DNA of 64,000 nt from Hypanus sabinus (taxonomy: Eukaryota). This document shows, piece after piece, positions 26,601-41,600 of the stretch (the first letter of the stretch is position 1; the number at the start of each line of letters is the position of its first letter). The stretch spans positions 1 to 64,000 of the forward strand of contig NW_026779338.1 of assembly GCF_030144855.1 (NCBI RefSeq). The letters run 5' to 3'. Below the pieces are notes generated by a model, which was given only the letters and a program-made list of their open reading frames with translations, was not told the DNA's origin and did no database searches. The translations under genes were made by a program, and so were the position numbers.

Positions 26601-29600
26601 CCCTCTGACAGTGTGATGTATCTCAGTATCTCCCCTCTGACAGTGTGATGTCTCTCTCTATATCCCCTCTGACAGTGTGATGTCTCTCAGTATCTCCCCT
26701 CTGACAGTGTGATGTATCTCAGTATCTCCCCTCTGACAGTGTGATGTATCTCAGTATCTCCCCTCTGACAGTGTGATGTATCTCAGTATCTCCCCTCTGA
26801 CAGTGTGATGTATCTCAGTATCTCCCCTCTGACAGTGTGATGTCTCTCAGTATCTCCCCTCTGACAGTGTGATGTCTCTCAGTATCTCCCCTCGGACAGT
26901 GTGATGTCTCTCAGTATCACCCCTCTGACAGTGTGATGTATCTCAGTATCTCCCCTCCGGCAGTGTGATGTCTCTCAGTAACTCCCCTCTGACAGTGTGA
27001 TGTATCTCGGTATCTCCCTCTGACAGTGTGATGTATCTCAGTATCTCCCCTCTGACAGTGTGATGTATCTCAGTCTCCCCTCTGACAGTGTGATTTATCT
27101 CAGTAACTCCCCTCTGACAGTGTGATGTATCTCAGTATCTCCCCTCTGACAGTGTGATGTATCTCAGTATCTCCCCTCTGACAGTGTGATGTCTCTCAGT
27201 ATCTCCCCTCTGACAGTGTGATGTCTCTCAGTATCTCCCATCTGACAGTGTGATGTGTCTCAGTATCTCCCCTCTGACAGTGAGATGTCTCTCAGTATCT
27301 CCCATCTGACAGTGTGATGTCTCTCAGTATCTCCCCTCTGACAGTGTGATGTCTCTCAGTATCTCCCATCTGACAGTGTGATGTGTCTCAGTATCTCCCC
27401 TCTGACAGTGTGATGTCTCTCAGTATCTCCCCTCGGACAGTGTGATGTCTCTCAGTATCACCCCTCTGACAGTGTGATGTATCTCAGTATCTCCCCTCCG
27501 GCAGTGTGATGTCTCTCAGTAACTCCCCTCTGACAGTGTGATGTATCTCGGTATCTCCCTCTGACAGTGTGATGTATCTCAGTATCTCCCCTCTGACAGT
27601 GTGATGTATCTCAGTCTCCCCTCTGACAGTGTGATTTATCTCAGTAACTCCCCTCTGACAGTGTGATGTATCTCAGTATCTCCCCTCTGACAGTGTGATG
27701 TATCTCAGTATCTCCCCTCTGACAGTGTGATGTCTCTCAGTATCTCCCCTCTGACAGTGTGATGTCTCTCAGTATCTCCCATCTGACAGTGTGATGTGTC
27801 TCAGTATCTCCCCTCTGACAGTGAGATGTCTCTCAGTATCTCCCATCTGACAGTGTGATGTCTCTCAGTATCTCCCCTCTGACAGTGTGATGTCTCTCAG
27901 TATCTCCCATCTGACAGTGTGATGTGTCTCAGTATCTCCCCTCTGACAGTGTGATGTCTCTCAGTATCTGCCCTCTGACAGTGCGATGTATCTCAGTATC
28001 TCCCCTCTGACAGTGTGATGTATCTCAGTATCTCCCCTCTGACAGTGTGATGTTTCTCAGTATCTCCCCTCTGACAGTGTGATGTATCTCAGTATCTCCC
28101 CTCTGACAGTGAGATGTATCTCAGTATCTCCCATCTGACAGTGTGATGTCTCTCAGTATCTCCCCTCTGACTGTGTGATGTATCTCAGTATCTCCCCTCT
28201 GACAGTGTGATGTATCTCAGTATCTCCCCTCTGACAGTGTGATGTCTCTCAGTATCTCCCCTCTGACAGTGTGATGTCTCTCACTATCTCCCATCTGACA
28301 GTGTGATGTCTCTCAGTATCTGCCCTCTGACAGTGTGATGTATCTCAGTATCTCCCCTCTGACAGTGTGATGTCTCGCAGTATCTCCCCTCTGACAGTGT
28401 GATGTCTCTCAGTATCTCCCATCTGACAGTGTGATGTATCTCAGTATCTCCCCTCTGACAGTGTGATGTTTCTCAGTATCTCCCCTCTGACAGTGTGATG
28501 TCTCTCAGTATCTCCCATCTGACAGTGTGATGTGTCTCAGTATCTCCCCTCTGACAGTGTGATGTCTCTCAGTATCTGCCCTCTGACAGTGTGATGTATC
28601 TCAGTATCTTCCCTCTGACAGTGTGATGTATCTCAGTATCTCCCCTCTGACAGTGTGATGTATCTCAGTATCTCCCCTCTGACAGTGTGATGTCTCTCAG
28701 TATCTCCCATCTGACAGTGTGATGTGTCTCAGTATCTCCCCTCTGACAGTGAGATGTCTCTCAGTATCTCCCATCTGACAGTGTGATGTCTCTCAGTATC
28801 TCCCCTCTGACAGTGTGATGTCTCTCAGTATCTCCCATCTGACAGTCTGATGTGTCTCAGTATCTCCCCTCTGACAGTGCGATGTCTCTCAGTATCTGCC
28901 CTCTGACAGTGTGATGTATCTCAGTATCTTCCCTCTGACAGTGTGATGTATCTCAGTATCTCCCCTCTGACAGTGTGATGTATCTCAGTATCTCCCCTCT
29001 GACAGTGTGATGTCTCTCAGTATCTCCCATCTGACAGTGTGATGTGTCTCAGTATCTCCCCTCTGACAGTGAGATGTCTCTCAGTATCTCCCATCTGACA
29101 GTGTGATGTCTCTCAGTATCTCCCCTCTGACAGTGTGATGTCTCTCAGTATCTCCCATCTGACAGTGTGATGTGTCTCAGTATCTCCCCTCTGACAGTGT
29201 GATGTCTCTCAGTATCTGCCCTCTGACAGTGTGATGTATCTCAGTATCTTCCCTCTGACAGTGTGATGTATCTCAGTATCTCCCCTCTGACAGTGTGATG
29301 TCTCTCAGTATCTCCCATCTGACAGTGTGATGTGTCTCAGTATCTCCCCTCTGACAGTGTGATGTCTCTCAGTATCTGCCCTCTGACAGTGTGATGTCTC
29401 TCAGTATCTCCCCTCTGACAGTGTGATGTCTCTCAGTATCTCCCATCTGACAGTGTGATGTATCTCAGTATCTCCCCTCTGACAGTGTGATGTATCTCAG
29501 TATCTCCCCTCTGACAGTGTGATGTCTCTCAGTATCACCCCTCTGACAGTGTGATGTATCTCAGTATCTCCCCTCTGACAGTGTGATGTCTCTCTCTATC

Positions 29601-32600
29601 TCCCCTCTGACAGTGTGATGTATCTCAGTATCTCCCCTCTGACAGTGTGATGTCTCTCTCTATCTCCCCTCTGACAGTGTGATGTCTCTCAGTATCTCCC
29701 CCCTGACAGTGTGATGTATCTCAGTATCTCCCCTCTGACAGTGTGATGTATCTCAGTATCTCCCCTCTGACAGTGTGATGTATCTCAGTATCTCCCCTCT
29801 GACAGTGTGATGTATCTCAGTATCTCCCCTCTGACAGTGTGATGTCTCTCAGTATCTCCCCTCTGACAGTGTGATGTCTCTCAGTATCTCCCCTCGGACA
29901 GTGTGATGTCTCTCAGTATCACCCCTCTGACAGTGTGATGTATCTCAGTATCTCCCCTCCGGCAGTGTGATGTCTCTCAGTAACTCCCCTCTGACAGTGT
30001 GATGTATCTCGGTATCTCCCTCTGACAGTGTGATGTATCTCAGTATCTCCCCTCTGACAGTGTGATGTATCTCAGTCTCCCCTCTGACAGTGTGATTTAT
30101 CTCAGTAACTCCCCTCTGACAGTGTGATGTATCTCAGTATCTCCCCTCTGACAGTGTGATGTATCTCAGTATCTCCCCTCTGACAGTGTGATGTCTCTCA
30201 GTATCTCCCCTCTGACAGTGTGATGTCTCTCAGTATCTCCCATCTGACAGTGTGATGTGTCTCAGTATCTCCCCTCTGACAGTGAGATGTCTCTCAGTAT
30301 CTCCCATCTGACAGTGTGATGTCTCTCAGTATCTCCCCTCTGACAGTGTGATGTCTCTCAGTATCTCCCATCTGACAGTGTGATGTGTCTCAGTATCTCC
30401 CCTCTGACAGTGTGATGTCTCTCAGTATCTGCCCTCTGACAGTGTGATGTATCTCAGTATCTCCCCTCTGACAGTGTGATGTCTCTCAGTATCTGCCCTC
30501 TGACAGTGTGATGTATCTCAGTATCTCCCCTCTGACAGTGTGATGTATCTCAGTATCTCCCCTCTGACAGTGTGATGTCTCTCAGTATCTCCCATCTGAC
30601 AGTGTGATGTGTCTCAGTATCTCCCCTCTGACAGTGTGATGTCTCTCAGTATCTCCCATCTGACAGTGTGATGTGTCTCAGTATCTCCCCTCTGACAGTG
30701 TGATGTCTCTCAGTATCTGCCCTCTGACAGTGTGATGTATCTCAGTATCTTCCCTCTGACAGTGTGATGTATCTCAGTATCTCCCCTCTGACAGTGTGAT
30801 GTATCTCAGTATCTCCCCTCTGACAGTATGATGTCTCTCAGTATCTCCCATCTGACAGTGTGATGTGTCTCAGTATCTCCCCTCTGACAGTGAGATGTCT
30901 CTCAGTATCTCCCATCTGACAGTGTGATGTCTCTCAGTATCTCCCCTCTGACTGTGTGATGTATCTCAGTATCTCCCCTCTGACAGTGTGATGTATCTCA
31001 GTATCTCCCCTCTGACAGTGTGATGTCTCTCAGTATCTCCCCTCTGACAGTGTGATGTCTCTCACTATCTCCCATCTGACAGTGTGATGTCTCTCAGTAT
31101 CTGCCCTCTGACAGTGTGATGTATCTCAGTATCTCCCCTCTGACAGTGTGATGTCTCGCAGTATCTCCCCTCTGACAGTGTGATGTCTCTCAGTATCTCC
31201 CATCTGACAGTGTGATGTATCTCAGTATCTCCACTCTGACAGTGTGATGTTTCTCAGTATCTCCCCTCTGACAGTGTGATGTCTCTCAGTATCTCCCCTC
31301 TGACAGTGTGATGTGTCTCAGTATCTCCCCTCTGACAGTGTGATGTCTCTCAGTATCTGCCCTCTGACAGTGTGATGTATCTCAGTATCTTCCCTCTGAC
31401 AGTGTGATGTATCTCAGTATCTCCCCTCTGACAGTGTGATGTATCTCAGTATCTCCCCTCTGACAGTGTGATGTCTCTCAGTATCTCCCATCTGACAGTG
31501 TGATGTGTCTCCGTATCTCCCCTCTGACAGTGAGATGTCTCTCAGTATCTCCCATCTGACAGTGTGATGTCTCTCAGTATCTCCCCTCTGACAGTGTGAT
31601 GTCTCTCAGTATCTCCCATCTGACAGTGTGATGTGTCTCAGTATCTCCCCTCTGACAGTGTGATGTCTCTCAGTATCTGCCCTCTGACAGTGTGATGTAT
31701 CTCAGTATCTTCCCTCTGACAGTGTGATGTATCTCAGTATCTCCCCTCTGACAGTGTGATGTATCTCAGTATCTCCCCTCTGACAGTGTGATGTCTCTCA
31801 GTATCTCCCATCTGACAGTGTGATGTGTCTCAGTATCTCCCCTCTGACAGTGAGATGTCTCTCAGTATCTCCCATCTGACAGTGTGATGTCTCTCAGTAT
31901 CTCCCCTCTGACAGTGTGTTGTCTCTCAGTATCTCCCATCTGACAGTGTGATGTGTCTCAGTATCTCCCCTCTGACAGTGTGATGTCTCTCAGTATCTGC
32001 CCTCTGACAGTGTGATGTATCTCAGTATCTTCCCTCTGACAGTGTGATGTATCTCAGTATCTCCCCTCTGACAGTGTGATGTCTCTCAGTATCTCCCATC
32101 TGACAGTGTGATGTGTCTCAGTATCTCCCCTCTGACAGTGTGATGTCTCTCAGTATCTGCCCTCTGACAGTGTGATGTCTCTCAGTATCTCCCCTCTGAC
32201 AGTGTGATGTCTCTCAGTATCTCCCATCTGACAGTGTGATGTATCTCAGTATCTCCCCTCTGACAGTGTGATGTATCTCAGTATCTCCCCTCTGACAGTG
32301 TGATGTCTCTCAGTATCACCCCTCTGACAGTGTGATGTATCTCAGTATCTCCCCTCTGACAGTGTGATGTCTCTCTCTATCTCCCCTCTGACAGTGTGAT
32401 GTATCTCAGTATCTCCCCTCTGACAGTGTGATGTCTCTCTCTATCTCCCCTCTGACAGTGTGATGTCTCTCAGTATCTCCCCTCTGACAGTGTGATGTAT
32501 CTCAGTATCTCCCCTCTGACAGTGTGATGTATCTCAGTATCTCCCCTCTGACAGTGTGATGTCTCTCAGTATCACCCCTCTGACAGTGTGATGTATCTCA

Positions 32601-35600
32601 GTATCTCCCCTCTGACAGTGTGATGTCTCTCTCTATCTCCCCTCTGACAGTGTGATGTATCTCAGTATCTCCCCTCTGACAGTGTGATGTCTCTCTCTAT
32701 CTCCCCTCTGACAGTGTGATGTCTCTCAGTATCTCCCCTCTGACAGTGTGATGTATCTCAGTATCTCCCCTCTGACAGTGTGATGTATCTCAGTATCTCC
32801 CCTCTGACAGTGTGATGTATCTCAGTATCTCCCCTCTGACAGTGTGATGTATCTCAGTATCTCCCCTCTGACAGTGTGATGTCTCTCAGTATCTCCCCTC
32901 TGACAGTGTGATGTCTCTCAGTATCTCCCCACGGACAGTGTGATGTCTCTCAGTATCACCCCTCTGACAGTGTGATGTATCTCAGTATCTCCCCTCCGGC
33001 AGTGTGATGTCTCTCAGTAACTCCCCTCTGACAGTGTGATGTATCTCGGTATCTCCCTCTGACAGTGTGATGTATCTCAGTATCTCCCCTCTGACAGTGT
33101 GATGTATCTCAGTATCTCCCCTCTGACAGTGTGATTTATCTCAGTAACTCCCCTCTGACAGTGTGATGTATCTCAGTATCTCCCCTCTGACAGTGTGATG
33201 TATCTCAGTATCTCCCCTCTGACAGTGTGATGTCTCTCAGTATCTCCCCTCTGACAGTGTGATGTCTCTCAGTATCTCCCATCTGACAGTGTGATGTGTC
33301 TCAGTATCTCCCCTCTGACAGTGAGATGTCTCTCAGTATCTCCCATCTGACAGTGTGATGTATCTCAGTATCTCCCCTCTGACAGTGTGATGTCTCTCAG
33401 TATCTCCCATCTGACAGTGTGATGTGTCTCAGTATCTCCCCTCTGACAGTGTGATGTCTCTCAGTATCTGCCCTCTGACAGTGTGATGTATCTCAGTATC
33501 TCCCCTCTGACAGTGTGATGTATCTCAGTATCTCCCCTCTGACAGTGTGATGTTTCTCAGTATCTCCCCTCTGACAGTGTGATGTATCTCAGTATCTCCC
33601 CTCTGACAGTGTGATGTATCTCAGTATCTCCCATCTGACAGTGTGATGTGTCTCAGTATCTCCCCTCTGACAGTGTGATGTCTCTCAGTATCTGCCCTCT
33701 GACAGTGTGATGTATCTCAGTATCTCCCCTCTGACAGTGTGATGTATCTCAGTATCTCCCCTCTGACAGTGTGATGTTTCTCAGTATCTCCCCTCTGACA
33801 GTGTGGTGTATCTCAGTATCTCCCCTCTGACAGTGTGATGTATCTCAGTATCTCCCCTCTGACAGTGTGATGTATCTCAGTATCTCCCATCTGACAGTGT
33901 GATGTGTCTCAGTATCTCCCCTCTGACAGTGTGATGTCTCTCAGTATCTGCCCTCTGACAGTGTGATGTCTCTCAGTATCTCCCCTCTGACAGTGTGATG
34001 TATCTCAGTATCTCACCTCTGACAGTGTGATGTATCTCAGTATCTCACCTCTGACAGTGTGATGTATCTCAGTATCTCCCCTCTGACAGTGTGATGTCTC
34101 TCAGTATCTCTCCTCTGACAGTGTGATGTATCTCTCTATCTACCCTCTGACAGTGTGATGTATCTCAGTAACTCCCCTCTGACAGTGTGATGTATCTCAG
34201 TATCTCCCCTCTGACAGTGTGATGTATCTCAGTATCTCCCCTCTGACAGTGTGATGTATCTCAGTATCTCCCCTCTGACAGTGTGATGTATCTCTCTATC
34301 TCCCCTCTGACAGTGTGATGTCTCTCAGTATCACCCCTCTGACAGTGTGACGTATCTCAGTATCTCCCCTCTGACAGTGTGATGTATCTCAGTATCTCCC
34401 CTCTGTCAGTGTAATGTATCTCTCTATCTACCCTCTGACAGTGTGATGTATCTCAGTATCTCCCCTCTGACAGTGTGATGTATCTCAGTATCTCCCTCTG
34501 ACAGTGTGATGTATCTCAGTAACTCCCCTCTGACAGTGTGATGTATCTCAGTATCTCCCCTCCGGCAGTGTGATGTCTCTCAGTATCTCCCCTCTGACAG
34601 TGTGATGTATCTCGGTATCTCCCTCTGACAGTGTGATGTATCTCAGTATCTCCCCTCTGACAGTGTGATGTATCTCAGTATCTCCCCTCTGACAGTGTGA
34701 TGTATCTCAGTAACTCCCCTCTGACAGTGTGATGTATCTCAGTATCTCCCCTCTGACAGTTCGATTTATCTCAGTATCTCCCCTCTGACAGTCTGATTTA
34801 TCTCAGTATCTCCCCTCTGACAGTGTGATGTCTCTCAGTATCTCCCCTCTGACAGTGTGATGTATCTCAGTATCTCCCCTCTGACAGTGTGATGTATCTC
34901 AGTATCTCCCCTCTGACAGTGTGATGTCTCTCAGTATCTCCCCTCTGACAGTGTGATGTATCTCTCTATCTACCCTCTGACAGTGTGATGTATCTCAGTA
35001 ACTCCCCTCTGACAGTGTGATGTATCTCAGTATCTCCCCTCTGACAGTGTGATGTATCTCAGTATCTCCCCTCTGACAGTGTGATGTATCTCAGTATCTC
35101 CCCTCTGACAGTGTGATGTATCTCAGTATCTCCCCTCTGACAGTGTGATGTCTCTCAGTATCACCCCTCTGACAGTGTGACGTATCTCAGTATCTCCGCT
35201 CTGTCAGTGTAATGTATCTCTCTATCTACCCTCTGACAGTGTGATGTATCTCAGTATCTCCCCTCTGACAGTGTGATGTATCTCAGTATCTCCCTCTGAC
35301 AGTGTGATGTATCTCAGTAACTCCCCTCTGACAGTGTGATGTATCTCAGTATCTCCCCTCCGGCAGTGTGATGTCTCTCAGTATCTCCCCTCTGACAGTG
35401 TGATGTATCTCGGTATCTCCCTCTGACAGTGTGATGTATTTCAGTATCTCCCCTCTGACAGTGTGATGTATCTCAGTATCTCCCCTCTGACAGTGTGATG
35501 TATCTCAGTAACTCCCCTCTGACAGTGTGATGTATCTCAGTATCTCCCCTCTGACAGTGTGATGTGTCTCAGTATCTCCCCTCTGACAGTGTGATGTCTC

Positions 35601-38600
35601 TCAGTATCTGCCCTCTGACAGTGTGATGTATCTCAGTATCTCCCCTCTGACAGTGTGATGTATCTCAGTATCTCCCCTCTGACAGTGTGATGTCTCTCAG
35701 TATCTCCCCTCTGACAGTGTGATGTCTCTCAGTATCTCCCATCTGACAGTGTGATGTGTCTAAGTATCTCCCCTCTGACAGTGTGATGTCTCTCAGTATC
35801 TGCCCTCTGACAGTGTGATGTCTCTCAGTATCTCCCCTCTGACAGTGTGATGTCTCTCAGTATCTCCCATCTGAGAGTGTGATGTATCTCAGTATCTCCC
35901 CTCTGACAGTGTGATGTATCTCAGTATCTCCCCTCTGACAGTGTGATGTCTCTCAGTATCACCCCTCTGACAGTGTGATGTATCTCAGTATCTCCCCTCT
36001 GACAGTGTGATGTCTCTCTCTATCTCCCCTCTGACAGTGTGATGTATCTCAGTATCTCCCCTCTGACAGTGTGATGTCTCTCTCTATCTCCCCTCTGACA
36101 GTGTGATGTATCTCAGTATCTCCCCTCTGACAGTGTGATGTCTCTCAGTATCTCCCCTCTGACAGCGTGATGTATCTCAGTATCTCCCCTCTGACATTGT
36201 GATGTATCTCTCTATCTACCCTCTGACAGTGTGATGTATCTCAGTATCTCCCCTCTGACAGTGTGATGTATCTCAGTATCTCCCCTCTGACAGTGTGATG
36301 TATCTCAGTAACTCCCCTCTGACAGTGTGATGTATCTCAGTATCGCCCCTCTGACAGTTCGATTTATCTCCGTATCTCCCCTCTGACAGTCTGATTTATC
36401 TCAGTATCTCCCCTCTGACAGTGTGATGTATCTCAGTATCTCCCCTCTGACAGTGTGATGTCTCTCAGTATCTCCCCTCTGACTGTGTGATGTATCTCAG
36501 TATCTACCCTCTGTCAGTGTGATGTCTCTCAGTATCTCCCCTCTGACAGTGTGATGTATCTCAGTATCTCCCCTCTGACAGTGTGATGTATCTCTCTATC
36601 TACCCTCTGACAGTGTGATGTAAATCAGTATCTCCCCTCTGACTGTGTGATGTATCTCAGTATCTCCCCTCTGACAGTGTGATGTATCTCAGTATCTCCC
36701 CTCTGACAGTGTGATGTATCTCAGTATCTCCCCTCTGACAGTGTGATGTATCTCAGTATCTCCCCTCTGACTGTGTGATGTATCTCAGTATCTCCCCTCT
36801 GACAGTGTGATGTATCTCAGTATCTCCCCTCTGACAGTGTGATGTATCTCAGTATCACCCCTCTGACAGTCTGATGTATCTCAGTATCTCCCCTCCGGCA
36901 GTGTGATGTATCTCAGTATCTCCTCTCTGACAGTGTGATGTATCTCAGTATCTCCCCTCTGACAGTGTGATGTATCTCAGTATCTCCCCTCTGACAGTGT
37001 GATGTATCTCAGTATCTCCCCTCTGACAGTGTGATGTATCTCAGTATCTACCCTCTGACAGTGTGATGTATCTCAGTATCTCCCCTCTGACAGTTCGATT
37101 TATCTCAGTATCTCCCCTCTGACAGTCTGATTTATCTCAGTATCTCCCATCTGACAGTGTGATGTATCTCTGTATCTTCCCCTGACAGTGTGATGTCTCT
37201 CAGTATCTCCCATCTGACAGTGTGATGTATCTCAGTATCTACCCTCTGACAGTGTGATGTATCTCAGTATCTCCCCTCTGACAGTCTGATGTATCTCAGT
37301 ATCTCCCCTCTGACAGTGTGATGTATCTCAGTAACTCCCCTCTGACAGTGTGATGTATCTCAGTATCTACCCTCTGACAGTGTGATGTATCTCTCTATCT
37401 ACCCTCTGACAGTGTGATGTATCTCAGTATCTCCCCTCTGACAGTGTGATGTATCTCAGTATCTCCCCTCTGACAGTGTGATGTCTCTCAGTATCACCCC
37501 TCTGACAGTCTGATGTAACTCTGTATCTCCCCTCCGGCAGTGTGATGTCTCTCAGTATCTCCCCTCTGACAGTGTGATGTATCTCAGTATCTCCCCTCTG
37601 ACAGTGTGATGTATCTCAGTATCTCCCCTCTGACAGTGTGATGTATCTCGGTATCTCCCCTCTGACAGTGTGATGTATCTCAGTAACTCCCCTCTGACAG
37701 TGTGATGTATCTCAGTATCTCCCCTCTGACAGTTCGATTTATCTCAGTATCTCCCCTCTGACAGTGTGATGTATCTCAGTATCTCCCCTCTGTCAGTGTG
37801 ATGTATCTCAGTATCTCCCCTCTGACTGTGTGATGTATCTCAGTATCTCCCCTCTGACAGTGTGATGTATCTCAGTATCTCCCCTCTGACAGTGTGATGT
37901 ATCTCAGTATCTCCACTCTGACTGTGTGATGTATCTCAGTATCTCCCCTCTGACAGTGTGATGTATCTCAGTATCACCCCTCTGACAGTGTGATGTATCT
38001 CAGTATCTCCCCTCTGTCAGTGTGATGTATCTCAGTATCTCTGCTCTGACAATGTGATGTGTCTCAGTATCTCCCGTCTGACAGAGTGATGTATCTCAGT
38101 ATCTCCCCTCTGACAGTGTGAGGTATCTCAGTATCTCCCCTATGACAGTGTGATGTCTCTCAGTATCTCCCTCTGACAGTGTGATATATCTCAGTATCTC
38201 CCCTCTGACAGTGTGAGGTATCTCAGTATCTCCCCTCTGACAGTGTGATGTATCTCTCTATCTACCCTCTGACAGTGTGATGTATCTCAGTATCTCCCCT
38301 CTGACAGTGTGAGGTATCTCAGTATCTCCCCTATGACAGTGTGATGTCTCTCAGTATCTCCCTCTGACAGTGTGATATATCTCAGTATCTCCCCTCTGAC
38401 AGTGTGAGGTATCTCAGTATCTCCCCTCTGACAGTGTGATGTATCTCTCTATCTACCCTCTGACAGTGTGATGTATCTCAGTATCTCCCCTCTGACAGTG
38501 TGATGTATCTCAGTATCTCCCCTCTGACAGTGTGATGTCTCTCAGTATCACCCCTCTGACAGTGTGATGTATCTCAGTATCTCCCCTCTGACAGTGTGAT

Positions 38601-41600
38601 GTCTCTCTCTATCTCCCCTCTGACAGTGTGATGTATCTCAGTATCTCCCCTCTGACAGTGTGATGTCTCTCTCTATCTCCCCTCTGACAGTGTGATGTAT
38701 CTCAGTATCTCCCCTCTGACAGTGTGATGTATCTCAGTATCTCCCCTCTGACAGTGTGATGTCTCTCAGTATCTCCCCTCTGACAGTGTGATGTATCTCA
38801 GTAACTCCCCTCTGACAGTGTGATGTATCTCAGTATCTCCCCTCTGACAGTGTGATGTATCTCAGTATCTCCCCTCTGACAGTGTGATGTCTCTCAGTAT
38901 CACCCCTCTGACAGTCTGATGTATCTCAGTATCTCCCCTCTGACAGTGTGATGTATCTCAGTATCTCCCCTCTGACAGTTTGATGTATCTCAGTATCTCC
39001 CCTCTGACAGTGTGATGTATCTCAGTATCTCCCCTCTGACAGTGTGATGTCTCTCAGTATCTCCCCTCTGACAGTGTGATGTATCTCTCTATCTACCCTC
39101 TGTCAGTGTGATGTATCTCAGTAACTCCCCTCTGACAGTGTGATGTATCTCAGTATCTCCCCTCTGACAGTGTGATGTATCTCAGTATCTCCCCTCTGAC
39201 AGTGTGATGTCTCTCAGTATCTCCCCTCTGACAGTGTGATGTATCTCTCTATCTACCCTCTGTCAGTGTGATGTATCTCAGTAACTCCCCTCTGACAGTG
39301 TGATGTATCTCAGTATCTCCCCTCTGACAGTGTGATGTATCTCAGTATCTCCCCTCTGACAGTGTGATGTCTCTCAGTATCACCCCTCTGACAGTCTGAT
39401 GTCTCTCAGTAACTCCCCTCTGACAGTGTGATGTATCTCGGTATCTCCCTCTGACAGTGTGATGTATCTCAGTATCTCCCCTCTGACAGTGTGATGTATC
39501 TCAGTATCTCCCCTCTGACAGTGTGATGTATCTCAGTAACTCCCCTCTGACAGTGTGATGTATCTCAGTATCTCCCCTCTGACAGTTGGATTTATCTCAG
39601 TATCTCCCCTCTGACAGTCTGATTTATCTCAGTATCTCCCCTCTGACAGTGTGATGTATCTCAGTATCTCCCCTCTGACAGTGTGATGTATCTCAGTATC
39701 TCCCCTCTGACAGTGTGATGTCTCTCAGTATCTCCCCTCTGACTGTGTGATGTATCTCAGTATCTACCCTCTGTCAGTGTGATGTATCTCAGTATCTCCC
39801 CTCTGACAGTGTGATGTATCACAGTATCTCCCCTCTGACAGTGTGATGTATCTCAGTATCTCCCCTCTGACAGTGTGATGTATCTCAGTATCTCCCCTCT
39901 GACTGTGTGATGTATCTCAGTATCTCCCCTCTGACAGTGTGATGTATCTCAGTATCTCCCCTCTGACAGTGTGATGTATCTCAGTATCTCCCCTCTGTCA
40001 GTGTGATGTATCTCAGTATCTCTGCTCTGACAATGTGATGTGTCTCAGTATCTCCCGTCTGACAGAGTGATGTATCTCAGTATCTCCCCTCTGACAGTGT
40101 GAGGTATCTCAGTATCTCCCCTATGACAGTGTGATGTCTCTCAGTATCTCCCTCTGACAGTGTGATATATCTCAGTATCTCCCCTCTGACAGTGTGAGGT
40201 ATCTCAGTATCTCCCCTCTGACAGTGTGATGTATCTCTCTATCTACCCTCTGACAGTGTGATGTATCTCAGTATCTCCCCTCTGACAGTGTGATGTATCT
40301 CAGTATCTCCCCTCTGACAGTGTGATGTCTCTCTCTATCTCCCCTCTGACAGTGTGATGTATCTCAGTATCTCCCCTCTGACAGTGTGATGTCTCTCTCT
40401 ATCTCCCCTCTGACAGTGTGATGTATCTCAGTATCTCCCCTCTGACAGTGTGATGTCTCTCAGTATCTCCCCTCTGACAGTGTGATGTATCTCAGTATCT
40501 CCCCTCTGACAGTGTGATGTATCTCAGTATCTCCCCTCTGACAGTTTGATGTATCTCAGTATCTCCCCTCTGACAGTGTGATGTATCTCAGTATCTCCCC
40601 TCTGACAGTGTGATGTATCTCAGTATCTCCCCTCTGATAGTGTGATGTATCTCAGTATCTCCCCTCTGACAGTGTGATGTCTCTCAGTATCACCCCTCTG
40701 ACAGTCTGATGTATCTCAGTATCTCCCCTCTGACAGTCTGATGTATCTCAGTATCTCCCCTCTGACAGTTTGATGTATCTCAGTATCTCCCCTCTGACAG
40801 TGTGATGTATCTCAGTATCTCCCCTCTGACAGTGTGATGTCTCTCAGTATCTCCCCTCTGACAGTGTGGTGTATCTCTCTATCTACCCTCTGTCAGTGTG
40901 ATGTATCTCAGTAACTCCCCTCTGACAGTGTGATGTATCTCAGTATCTCCCCTCTGACAGTGTGATGTATCTCAGTATCTCCCCTCTGACAGTGTGATGT
41001 CTCTCAGTATCTCCCCTCTGACAGTGTGATGTATCTCTCTATCTACCCTCTGTCAGTGTGATGTATCTCAGTAACTCCCCTCTGACAGTGTGATGTATCT
41101 CAGTATCTCCCCTCTGACAGTGTGATGTATCTCAGTATCTCCCCTCTGACAGTGTGATGTCTCTCAGTATCACCCCTCTGACAGTCTGATGTCTCTCAGT
41201 AACTCCCCTCTGACAGTGTGATGTATCTCGGTATCTCCCTCTGACAGTGTGATGTATCTCAGTATCTCCCCTCTGACAGTGTGATGTATCTCAGTATCTC
41301 CCCTCTGACAGTGTGATGTATCTCAGTAACTCCCCTCTGACAGTGTGATGTATCTCAGTATCTCCCCTCTGACAGTTCGATTTATCTCAGTATCTCCCCT
41401 CTGACAGTCTGATTTATCTCAGTATCTCCCCTCTGACAGTGTGATGTATCTCAGTATCTCCCCTCTGACAGTGTGATGTATCTCAGTATCTCCCCTCTGA
41501 CAGTGTGATGTCTCTCAGTATCTCCCCTCTGACTGTGTGATGTATCTCAGTATCTACCCTCTGTCAGTGTGATGTATCTCAGTATCTCCCCTCTGACAGT

